Shown piece after piece: positions 41,788 through 49,932 of a DNA stretch of 64,000 nucleotides. The notes below the pieces were generated by a model. That model ran no database searches. It was not told where the DNA came from and saw only the letters and a list, made by a program, of their open reading frames with translations. The stretch is from Deltaproteobacteria bacterium. GTDB lineage: Bacteria > Myxococcota_A > Polyangia > Fen-1088. Every line of letters starts with the position of its first letter. Within the stretch, counting starts at the first letter, position 1. Made by a program: the position numbers and the translations under genes. The stretch spans positions 384,001-448,000 of the forward strand of contig JANRKS010000019.1 of assembly GCA_033763315.1 (NCBI GenBank), given 5' to 3'.

Positions 41788-43307
41788 AAACTGTGTTGAA
41801 ACAGAACGTGCGGCTGCGATCGCTGTGGTGGCCGGCGTGCGCGTTGGCGCTGGCTTGGCCCCGGGTGGCCACCGCCTGGGAGCCCGCCACAACGCAGGCG
41901 GGGTTGGCCGAAAAAGCAGCCGTCGCATCGAACGTTCACCAAGTGCTGGTGTCAAGCTTGCAGCGGCCGTTGGGGCTGTTCGAACCGATCGCGGTGGCGG
42001 CGAGCGAACGAGCCGCGCCGGGGCTCAAGAATCTATGGCTGCGGCTCAACGCGCTTAGCGGCGCGGAAGGTTACCGGCCGTCAGCCGCGACCGGCGCCAA
42101 TCCAGCTTTGTCGTGGATTGCGGCGGGCGCCACTGTGGAGGGCGTGCCTGCAGAGCGCGGACGGCATCACTTCTTCGATCCAATAACGGGCAAAGGACTG
42201 CACGATGACCCGGGCGTCACAGGAGGGTTTCACAGCCTGAAGTTGGCGCTGGACCAAGGAAGCGCAAGCGGCGGGCTACGTGGGCTTGCCACAGGCTCGA
42301 CATTCGATCTCACGGGCCGTCCCGCGCTTGGCTGGGTGCTGTCGGATGACAACGAGCTTGGTCTGCCTCAATTCTTGTTGGCCATGCAGGCTTCCGTGGC
42401 GGCAGAACGGCTTGACGCGCGGCAGGCCGCGTTGGCGCACGCACTCATGTGCTTGGGCGCGGTTGGTGCTGTGTTGGCGGATGTGGGCGAGCCAGCCCAC
42501 GTGCGCAATGACTTTCGTGCCGCTTTTCTCGGCGGCGGCAGCGCCGGCTCGTGGGATCAAGCCTCGGACTTCGAACGCTTCGTGGGGCGCACCTATGGCC
42601 GTGCAGGCATTCCCGATGCGTCCAGCGTGGTCACGCGCCCGTCTTTGCAGGCGTTCTTTACAGCGAACGACGGCCAAGGGTTGGCCCAGCGAACCCAATC
42701 GCAATTTTTCTCGGCTGGAACGCTGCCCCAAGACATCGTGACGGATGCGACCACCACACCCAAGGGTGTGCGTGACGAAGCCAACCAATCGTTGCTTTAC
42801 CCGCAGCCCGCCGTGGGCCGCTTGCAACTGCGAGATACGTACCGCCATTACCAAACCGTCAACGGTGTGCGGCAGCTGGCCTACCAGCGCACGGCGAACG
42901 AGGTGCACTTCTTCCTAGACGAAGCGGTTTACGCCGACGTTTCGCAAGCGTGGTTGCCCGTGGTTGCCGGTTACGTGGCTGGTCTTTATAACAACCTGCT
43001 ACGCGTCCAGGCAGACCTATCGGTTCGGAACGAAGGCGGAGGCCACAAGGTGGTAGTCACGTTGAAGGGCCTGGCTCCTGGAGCCACAGGCACGCTGCGT
43101 TTGTTCGCCGAAGAAGCGGGGGGCAAGCGCCACGAAGTGGGCTCGGCCTTGGCGATCAGCGTTTCGTCTTCGGACGCGGCTTCGACGCCGCTTTCGTTCG
43201 AGCTGCCGGCTGGCGCTTCGCGGGTGGCCGTTGCGGTGCAGGGGCAGGACGCGGCGGGCGCTTTTGTGGCGGTGGCTGAACGGGCGACGGCGCTGGGCGC
43301 TCCTTGA
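41784..43307 (+). CDS. Secreted protein, possible degenerate Zn-PLC/S1-P1 fold
   Basis: Signal peptide ending ATA|W; HHFFDP; AVLADVGEPAHVRND; FE. Confidence 0.6.
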   Translation: MKTVLKQNVRLRSLWWPACALALAWPRVATAWEPATTQAGLAEKAAVASNVHQVLVSSLQRPLGLFEPIAVAASERAAPGLKNLWLRLNALSGAEGYRPSAATGANPALSWIAAGATVEGVPAERGRHHFFDPITGKGLHDDPGVTGGFHSLKLALDQGSASGGLRGLATGSTFDLTGRPALGWVLSDDNELGLPQFLLAMQASVAAERLDARQAALAHALMCLGAVGAVLADVGEPAHVRNDFRAAFLGGGSAGSWDQASDFERFVGRTYGRAGIPDASSVVTRPSLQAFFTANDGQGLAQRTQSQFFSAGTLPQDIVTDATTTPKGVRDEANQSLLYPQPAVGRLQLRDTYRHYQTVNGVRQLAYQRTANEVHFFLDEAVYADVSQAWLPVVAGYVAGLYNNLLRVQADLSVRNEGGGHKVVVTLKGLAPGATGTLRLFAEEAGGKRHEVGSALAISVSSSDAASTPLSFELPAGASRVAVAVQGQDAAGAFVAVAERATALGAP

Positions 43308-44310
43308 GCAGCGTTAACCGCTTGCCGGTCACCACGGGCACAAAGGCGTCGTTGAGCGGCGCCACCTGGTCGTAAGCTTCTGTATCGTCTTCCGCCACGG
43401 CAGCGGCCGCCGCTTTTTGCAGGTCGGTCTGCAAGCCCGGTGATAGACGCAACGCTTCGGCCGCGGCGGCGGCGCGACCGGCTTCGTTGCCGGCTTGCTT
43501 GAGTGCACACGCGCGCCAAGCGCAAAAGCGCGCGGCTTGGGCGGCATCGTGGCCATTGTGGTTTGCCGCTTGCTCGAACCCGTGCGCGGCCAGATCCCAC
43601 GCTTCTTGTTCCATATAAGCGCGGCCGAGGTCAAACCAGGCCCATGCGTTGGTTGGATCAAGCTCAGAAGCTTTTGCAAACGCCGCGCATGCTTCGTCGA
43701 GGTGGCCATTGCGGCGCAGGGCCACGCCCAAGCTGTGGTGAAGCTCAGCTGCCTTGGGATCCTTGCGCACAACCTTGCGCGCGAGTTTTAAGGCAAATGT
43801 TGGCACCAGGGCCAATCCATCTTCCTCGAAAGCATCCATCACGAATTCGCCTTCGGAATCGTAAAGTGGCAACTCGTAGGTCACCGTGGCGGCCAACCAA
43901 TTCTCCAGCGTTGACCCTGCCAGCCACCGCTCGTCCCAGGTTGCGGGGCCTTCTTCATCAGAGAGACCACGCAAACGGATCACACGCTCGGCATCGTCGA
44001 GAACCAGCAACTCGCCCGCGGCGGTGTCACCGATCGCGAGGTCGGTTTTTGCCAAACCTTGCGGCCGCGCCGAGGTGTTGGCGTGGATGAGCGATCCGAA
44101 CTCGTTATCCAAACCATACAACCGCACGCTTTCTTGAAACAGATCGGCACCATTCCAAGACCGCAAAAACTTTTCAAGCTGCGGCGGCAATTTGCGGCCA
44201 AGCGCGCGCACGGTTTCGGCGACTTCATTCGCTGTTGCTGGAGGTCCAGTGCGAATCAAGCCGTCGGCCGCGCGCGACAGCGCCAAACGAAAGTCGTCGA
44301 AGAAAATCAG
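43156..44310 (-). CDS. SMI1/KNR4 (SUKH) + TPR protein
   Basis: PATANEV...LGRKLP....FL...NG, IGD..G...LD; TPR AELHHSLG, AWFDLG; start CTG 44310 or TTG 44286. Confidence 0.75.
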   Translation of the reverse strand: MIFFDDFRLALSRAADGLIRTGPPATANEVAETVRALGRKLPPQLEKFLRSWNGADLFQESVRLYGLDNEFGSLIHANTSARPQGLAKTDLAIGDTAAGELLVLDDAERVIRLRGLSDEEGPATWDERWLAGSTLENWLAATVTYELPLYDSEGEFVMDAFEEDGLALVPTFALKLARKVVRKDPKAAELHHSLGVALRRNGHLDEACAAFAKASELDPTNAWAWFDLGRAYMEQEAWDLAAHGFEQAANHNGHDAAQAARFCAWRACALKQAGNEAGRAAAAAEALRLSPGLQTDLQKAAAAAVAEDDTEAYDQVAPLNDAFVPVVTGKRLTLLKERPAPSPVQPPPQKRPPRPAPAPQRPPAKRQPAARTKAASKPRPKTKR

Positions 44311-46127
44311 CGCTTCAAAACCTCGTTCGGCACGGCTTTGCCCCTGTTTTCCAGGGTTTTTGCCAAGCGCGAACTTGTGCCAGAGGCCTTCCAGGCGCCT
44401 TCTCGGCCCTTGGCCTCGAAGACCAGCAGGTCAACAGCGTCGATGCGGCCTTCTGCAGAGACGGTGGGTTCGGCGACGCCTGAGATGCGCCAGCCGCCTT
44501 GCACCAAGCTGTTCACGTGAACCACCAAGTCGAATGCCGTGGCGATCAACTTCGCTGCAGATGCCGAGCGGAAAGAGGCGCCCGTGGCCGCTTCCAGGCG
44601 AGCCAAGGCATCGCGTGTGGAGCGCCCCGCGGCCAACACCACGGCGCCTTGTTGGCCAAACGCGCACTCGTGCAACACATCGGCCGCGATCGCCGCCGCC
44701 GTGACATCAGCGAACAGATGTTCGGCGTGAAGGTGGGCCGCCGCGTGTAGCAGGTCAGGGTTTCGAGGCTCGGTGGCCAACACCACCCAAGGCGCCTCAG
44801 GATCGGGGCTTGCCACCAATTCGCCCACGCTCACCACGCGGCTCTTGGAACTGAGTTCCTTCGCCAAAGCGCGCAAAAGCATAAGGCCTGGATCGCGATC
44901 ACCAGCAACCAAGATGTTGCAGCCTGTGGCCAACGCCGCCTGCAAAAGTGTGCGGATCTCAGGCGACAGTGCACCCGCTTGCTGCAGATCAGTGAGGTTG
45001 TCGTCGATCGCGGCGCTGCGTGTGAAAGTGGCACAAACAACGCGCGCATACGGTGGGAAGATGGCCACCAGACGCGCGCCGCCCTCCAAAGGCACATCGC
45101 AGACGCCCGAATCAACCGAGCCACCCGCACGTTCGACCAACGTCTTCAACGTCAAACCAAGCGCGCGCGCTTCGCCTTCACCCAAAGCAACATCTTCGCG
45201 TTTGCCATTGCGCTCAAGCTGAACCGATTCAGGCCCCATGAGGTAGACGGCAGACACGGTTGCATCCGCCAGCAACGCCGTGATCCAGGCCGCTGGGTTG
45301 GCGGGATTATCGAAGCGGTTGGGTGCCACGGCGCCACGTTTTTTTGTGGCGGTGACGGCGTCGCTGAGAGCGCGTTCGCGCAGGTCATCGTCGCCTTCGG
45401 GTGCGCCGGGCGCCATGGGGGCCGCCGCAGCAACCGGCGCTGCAGGGGCTGGCGGTGCCGGGGGCGCCGGCGGAGCGGTCCGCATAGGAGGTGGCGTGGG
45501 CGCCCGCGGAGGCGGCGCGGTGGCCAAGGGCTCGTCGTCGTCCAGGTCAAGCACGGTGGCTGACGGCGCCGGCGGAGGGGGCGGGGGTGGCGCAGCGAAC
45601 ATGGGCGGGTCGTTCGACGTTGGCACCATCGTGTCGCGGCGGCCAGAAGGCGGTGGCGGAGGGGGAGGGGCGCTGCGGCCGGCCTCATCAACCACAGGCA
45701 TGGCGCCGGTGGCGCGGCCCGGAGGGGGAGGCGGACGACGGCTGGCAAGCGCGGTGCTGAGCGAGCCAGCCTCGGTGCCAAGGTTTGCGGCTTCAGCCGT
45801 GGGAGCGTTTTCGATGCGGACGATGAAATCGCCCACGTAGATCTTGTCGCCGCCAAACACTTCGCTGGCGTCAGTGAGCTTGCGGCCATTGACGTATGTG
45901 CCGTTCGTGCTCTTCAAATCTTCGACAAGGAACTTATTGTCTTGGATGAAGATGCGGCAGTGACGTTTTGAAACGTTGCCCTTGGGTAGGACGATGTCGT
46001 TCCCCTGTACCCGTCCGATGCCCACTTCGTTTTTGTCGAACTGGAGCTGCTTCGTTTCGCCACCCTTTTCGGTAAGGCTCAAAATCACCATGGCCGCAAC
46101 GCTAAGCTGAGGGTCCAGATCGGTCAA
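44307..46127 (-). CDS. FHA-Pro-rich linker-degenerate CpaF/TadA-like ATPase
   Basis: FHA IGR..ND..VSKRH..STNGT; CpaF-like scaffold with Walker A read as GDRDPGLM. Confidence 0.8.
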   Translation of the reverse strand: MTDLDPQLSVAAMVILSLTEKGGETKQLQFDKNEVGIGRVQGNDIVLPKGNVSKRHCRIFIQDNKFLVEDLKSTNGTYVNGRKLTDASEVFGGDKIYVGDFIVRIENAPTAEAANLGTEAGSLSTALASRRPPPPPGRATGAMPVVDEAGRSAPPPPPPPSGRRDTMVPTSNDPPMFAAPPPPPPPAPSATVLDLDDDEPLATAPPPRAPTPPPMRTAPPAPPAPPAPAAPVAAAAPMAPGAPEGDDDLRERALSDAVTATKKRGAVAPNRFDNPANPAAWITALLADATVSAVYLMGPESVQLERNGKREDVALGEGEARALGLTLKTLVERAGGSVDSGVCDVPLEGGARLVAIFPPYARVVCATFTRSAAIDDNLTDLQQAGALSPEIRTLLQAALATGCNILVAGDRDPGLMLLRALAKELSSKSRVVSVGELVASPDPEAPWVVLATEPRNPDLLHAAAHLHAEHLFADVTAAAIAADVLHECAFGQQGAVVLAAGRSTRDALARLEAATGASFRSASAAKLIATAFDLVVHVNSLVQGGWRISGVAEPTVSAEGRIDAVDLLVFEAKGREGAWKASGTSSRLAKTLENRGKAVPNEVLKR

Positions 46128-46372
46128 GGATTTTGGATGGATACGTCGCCTGAGAGCAACGCCAACAGCCCCGGACCAAACACTGTTACAATGCCTGTGA
46201 TAAACAAAACGGCCATTCCGATCGTCACGATCTTCGATGTCCCCTCAGGACGGGGCGTTGACCCAGAAGGCTTTTGCGAACGCGGGGCTCGCGTGACGGA
46301 GGTCTGCGTGGCCGGGCCAGACGGGTCGGAGGGAATGGATCGCACAGCTCGTATTATCTTCGGAGGCACCAT
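46124..46372 (-). CDS. Small membrane protein, weakly Flp-pilin-like (start uncertain)
   Basis: EGTSKIVTIGMAVLFITGIVTVFGPGLLALLSG; stop overlaps the next start (TTGA). Confidence 0.4.
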   Translation of the reverse strand: MVPPKIIRAVRSIPSDPSGPATQTSVTRAPRSQKPSGSTPRPEGTSKIVTIGMAVLFITGIVTVFGPGLLALLSGDVSIQNP

Positions 46373-46997
46373 GCTGACAAGCACGACCTTGACCAAACGC
46401 CGCTTCGCACGTTCACTTTTGCTGGTGACAGCTGCCCTTGGCGCCATCGCTGTTCTTGTTGATGGCGACGCGCGAGCCGCCGCCGCGGGGGGAAAACACT
46501 ATTTCCAAGTTGTTGAGGTGAAAGGCGACGTGCCAGAAGCGACGCGCGGTTTGGCACGCGAGCTGCTTGAAAAGGAGCTTGCAAAGCGGGACCAATTCAC
46601 CGGCGATCTCGGCGGCGTGCCCGCATCCGGGGAAGCCTTGAAGGCCCGCGGCATGCGTGGCTTCGATGTTTCTTTGCGCTTCGAATCCACCACCAACAAG
46701 GTGGACGAGCCAAAGCCGGGAAAGCGCGGCAAGCAATTGACGGTTGGCACGCGCATCACCGTGTTTGGCAGCGAGATCCCCGACAAACGCTTGGCTTTTT
46801 CAGGCGAAGGCGAATCCACGCAGATCGCTGAAGTGGATGAACGCCGGATCGAAAAGGAAACCAAACTGATGACTTCTGAGGTGTTGGGCGATGCCATCCG
46901 GCAAGCGGTGGATCAAGCTGTGCTGAAGCTTTCAGTGTCAAAGGCGCGCGCACCCGAGCTGGCGCCCAAGAAACGCAAAACCAAGAAGGCCATTTGA
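46371..46997 (+). CDS. Hypothetical exported protein
   Basis: KRRF + hydrophobic signal; ORF composition. Confidence 0.7.
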   Translation: MLTSTTLTKRRFARSLLLVTAALGAIAVLVDGDARAAAAGGKHYFQVVEVKGDVPEATRGLARELLEKELAKRDQFTGDLGGVPASGEALKARGMRGFDVSLRFESTTNKVDEPKPGKRGKQLTVGTRITVFGSEIPDKRLAFSGEGESTQIAEVDERRIEKETKLMTSEVLGDAIRQAVDQAVLKLSVSKARAPELAPKKRKTKKAI

Positions 46998-47009
46998 GGG
47001 TTCGCTTCA

Positions 47010-47708
47010 ATGAATCGAATTTTTGTTATTGGGTTCCTCGCGTTCACGCTTGTGCCCGCCTGTCGCAAAGAAGTGCCTGCCACGCCACCACCCGCAGCGG
47101 AGTCCAAGCCCGTTGAGGTCGCCAAGGACGGCGGCTGGCTGTTCACTTACGCCACGCCTGAAGGCGAGTTCTGCACCGTTGAGGCCCCGGATCAAGTGCC
47201 GGAGGTATCGCGCGGTGTGGTGCGCGCCATTAACCCCAAAGACAACCCAGCCGCGGCTCGCTCTGAGGTTTTGGTTGTTGATGTTGCGAAGCTGTTAGAC
47301 AAAGGCAAAACCCCGGCCAAACGTGTGGGACGCGATTTGTTCGAGACCCAAGCGCTGGCGTTGCTGCCACCGGGCGCTTCATCGATTTTGGCTGATCGCC
47401 CATCAGATGCCGACGGGGGCGCTGCCGACGAAACGAATAACCTCAACGGACGCCAAGCGGCGGTGATTCTTTACGGCACGAGTTGGTGCGGGGCGTGTCG
47501 CACGGCTCGCCAATACTTCATCGCGAAGAACATTCCCTTCGTCGACAAAGACGTGGAGAAAGACGCTGCGGCGGCCGATGAACTGCAGAAAAAGGCGGCT
47601 CGTCTGGGCGTGAGCACCGATCGCGTGCCCATCCTCGATGTGCGTGGCCGCCTGCTGATAGGTTTTGATCCGAAGCGTGTAGAAGCCCTTTTAGGAGACG
47701 TTATATGA
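47010..47708 (+). CDS. Glutaredoxin-like lipoprotein
   Basis: Lipobox VPAC; YGTSWCGAC, VP cis-Pro motif, IGFD. Confidence 0.85.
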   Translation: MNRIFVIGFLAFTLVPACRKEVPATPPPAAESKPVEVAKDGGWLFTYATPEGEFCTVEAPDQVPEVSRGVVRAINPKDNPAAARSEVLVVDVAKLLDKGKTPAKRVGRDLFETQALALLPPGASSILADRPSDADGGAADETNNLNGRQAAVILYGTSWCGACRTARQYFIAKNIPFVDKDVEKDAAAADELQKKAARLGVSTDRVPILDVRGRLLIGFDPKRVEALLGDVI

Positions 47709-48505
47709 ATCGCCGCCCTCTCGTGTTTGCCAGCAGCTTGTGTGCCGGCCTGCTTTGCGCCTCGCAGGCAGACGCCAAACTTCTCGATGTCTACGGCTCC
47801 ACGAAGATGGGATACATCACGGGGCGGGGCACCAACACGTTAAACCCAAACGCTTCGGATTATTTCGACATCGAAAAGGGTCCGGCCTTCGGCTTCGAGG
47901 TGGGCGCCGAGATCTTGTTTTTGGATTTCATGATCAACGGCACGCGGATCTTTGATCAAGCGGCCGACAGCCGCGGCGAAGACGGTGCCGGATATTTCTT
48001 TCAATTCCTCACCGGAATCGATGGCGATTTCGCGGTAGGCGAGGGCGACGACCCTTCTACATTCTTGCGTGTGGGCGTCAACGGCGGCGCTGCCTTGGGC
48101 ACGCACCGGAAAGTCAAAGCGCCATTGGACAACGCCCAAGTCTCGGACAAGGGCTTTGTTGCCAACGGCGTGGTGGCCTTGGATTACCACCTGGGAAAGC
48201 TGTTCGTGGTCGGCGTTGAGCTGATGCCCGGTTACCACTATTTCTTTCCGGGCGGCGACAGCGACAAGAACCAAAGCCTCAACGGCGACGATCAATCAAA
48301 AGGCATGCACGTGATGGGCATGGCCTTCCTGCAGTTTCACCTCGATCCCCTCAGCTGGGCCGACGATCCGGATAAGCGAAGGCCGGATCCGCGTCCAGCG
48401 ACGTATGCAGAACCCCCGGTTCCCACACCGCCGAAGCCGAAAACGCAGGCGCAGACGGTGGAAGATGACGATGACGATGACGACGCTGTTTCGCCCGCGA
48501 AATGA
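47705..48505 (+). CDS. Probable outer-membrane beta-barrel protein with Pro/Asp-rich tail
   Basis: Signal ADA|, amphipathic strands, ATGA coupling. Confidence 0.6.
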   Translation: MNRRPLVFASSLCAGLLCASQADAKLLDVYGSTKMGYITGRGTNTLNPNASDYFDIEKGPAFGFEVGAEILFLDFMINGTRIFDQAADSRGEDGAGYFFQFLTGIDGDFAVGEGDDPSTFLRVGVNGGAALGTHRKVKAPLDNAQVSDKGFVANGVVALDYHLGKLFVVGVELMPGYHYFFPGGDSDKNQSLNGDDQSKGMHVMGMAFLQFHLDPLSWADDPDKRRPDPRPATYAEPPVPTPPKPKTQAQTVEDDDDDDDAVSPAK

Positions 48506-48540
48506 AAGAAAGCCCCTTGCGAGTTCGCAGGGGCTTCTTT
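48505..48540. terminator. Bidirectional terminator
   Basis: aagaaagccccttgcga-gt-tcgcaggggcttcttt between convergent genes. Confidence 0.7.
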
Positions 48541-48558
48541 GGTTCCGGAGCCTAATCG

Positions 48559-49932
48559 CTAAACGAGCAGTTCGTTTATGGGCCCGGTGGAATCGGCGTG
48601 ATTTTTGTTTATGCCGAAGGCACGTAAGAACGTGGTGAACAGGTCTGACTGTTTTCGCGTGTCGAATTTCCAGTATTGACCTGTTTTTAGTTTGCCGCCC
48701 GCGCTGCCGCCCACCACAACGGGATAGTTGTTATGTGCATGGTCACCCATCGCGACGTCTGATGATATGTAGACCACCGAGTTGTCGAGCAGCGTCTTGC
48801 CGCCGCCTTCGTCGATCTTGTCCAGCATGCCTAGGAACGAGGCATATGTATCAAAGGTGAACTTATCGATCTTGCGCAGCTTGGTGAGCTTTGATTCATC
48901 ACCGCCGTGGTGAGAGATGATGTGGTGTTGCACGTCCGCGCTGTAAGGCTGCGAGGGATCGCCAATGCCAAGGAAACCGTAGCTCTGGTTCGAGAACCCG
49001 GCGCCCAACATGTACGTGACCACGCGCGTGAGATCACACTCAAGCGCCATCGCGATCATCTGGTACCAGCCTTTTTGCCAGTCACCGTAATAATTGGTGT
49101 TCGGCACGCGCACGGGTGCCGCATACCGTTTGCCGCATCCGGCGGCTCCCGTGCCGCCCCCAGAAGTTGAGCCCACCCGCTTTTCAAGCGCTGACACGCC
49201 CGACATGAAGCGGTCCAGCTTCACCTGATCTTCGGCACCCAGCTTGTTTTTCAAGCTGTTGGCTTCCGCTAAGTTGGCATCGAGCACGCTCTTTTTGTAT
49301 TTGGCGCGTTTGATTTGATCCGTGTTTGAGGCCACCGGATCGGAACCGGAGAACAGGTTCGCGAATTCTTTGTCTGGCCCTTGGCGAAACGGCAGCTGCT
49401 TGGTCTTGGATTCCCACGAAACCGAGTTGATGTACGCGAGGCTCACTCCGAAGTCGCCCGCGCCACCGCCGCCTTGGCCCACGGTGCCGGCCCAACCCAC
49501 ATTGAGGTAAGGAAACTTCGTCGGCTGCGTTCCCAAATTTTGCACGAGCAACTGATCGATTGATGGGCCACCCGCCTCGATGTCGTTGCCCACGGTTTGT
49601 TTGGCGCGCAAATTCGTCATGAACGACGCCGTTCCGTTGGCGTGATCGCCGGGGAACTTGCCCACGCTGTTATCGAGGTGCATCGGCAGCGCCACTTTCG
49701 CGCGCAGCGGCTGCAAGGCCGCCAACGAGGGTGGCATCGTGTAATCAGCGCCCGTCTTGTTTGGAAAGATCGAATCCCAGACGAAGCCGTTGGGGCTAAA
49801 GATGAAAACCGCTCGTTGGATCGGGCCCGCGGCCATCGCGCGCTTGGGCACCAGGGATTCCAAGAAGGGCAGGGGTAAGATGGTGCCAGCACCACCCAGG
49901 AAGGCACGTCGGGACAACGGACGCCACTTCAT
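48559..49932 (-). CDS. DUF1552-domain protein
   Basis: SRRAFLGGAG..LPLPFLES, PNG, SIDQ, CDLTRV, H..SHH, TLLDNS. Confidence 0.88.
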   Translation of the reverse strand: MKWRPLSRRAFLGGAGTILPLPFLESLVPKRAMAAGPIQRAVFIFSPNGFVWDSIFPNKTGADYTMPPSLAALQPLRAKVALPMHLDNSVGKFPGDHANGTASFMTNLRAKQTVGNDIEAGGPSIDQLLVQNLGTQPTKFPYLNVGWAGTVGQGGGGAGDFGVSLAYINSVSWESKTKQLPFRQGPDKEFANLFSGSDPVASNTDQIKRAKYKKSVLDANLAEANSLKNKLGAEDQVKLDRFMSGVSALEKRVGSTSGGGTGAAGCGKRYAAPVRVPNTNYYGDWQKGWYQMIAMALECDLTRVVTYMLGAGFSNQSYGFLGIGDPSQPYSADVQHHIISHHGGDESKLTKLRKIDKFTFDTYASFLGMLDKIDEGGGKTLLDNSVVYISSDVAMGDHAHNNYPVVVGGSAGGKLKTGQYWKFDTRKQSDLFTTFLRAFGINKNHADSTGPINELLV

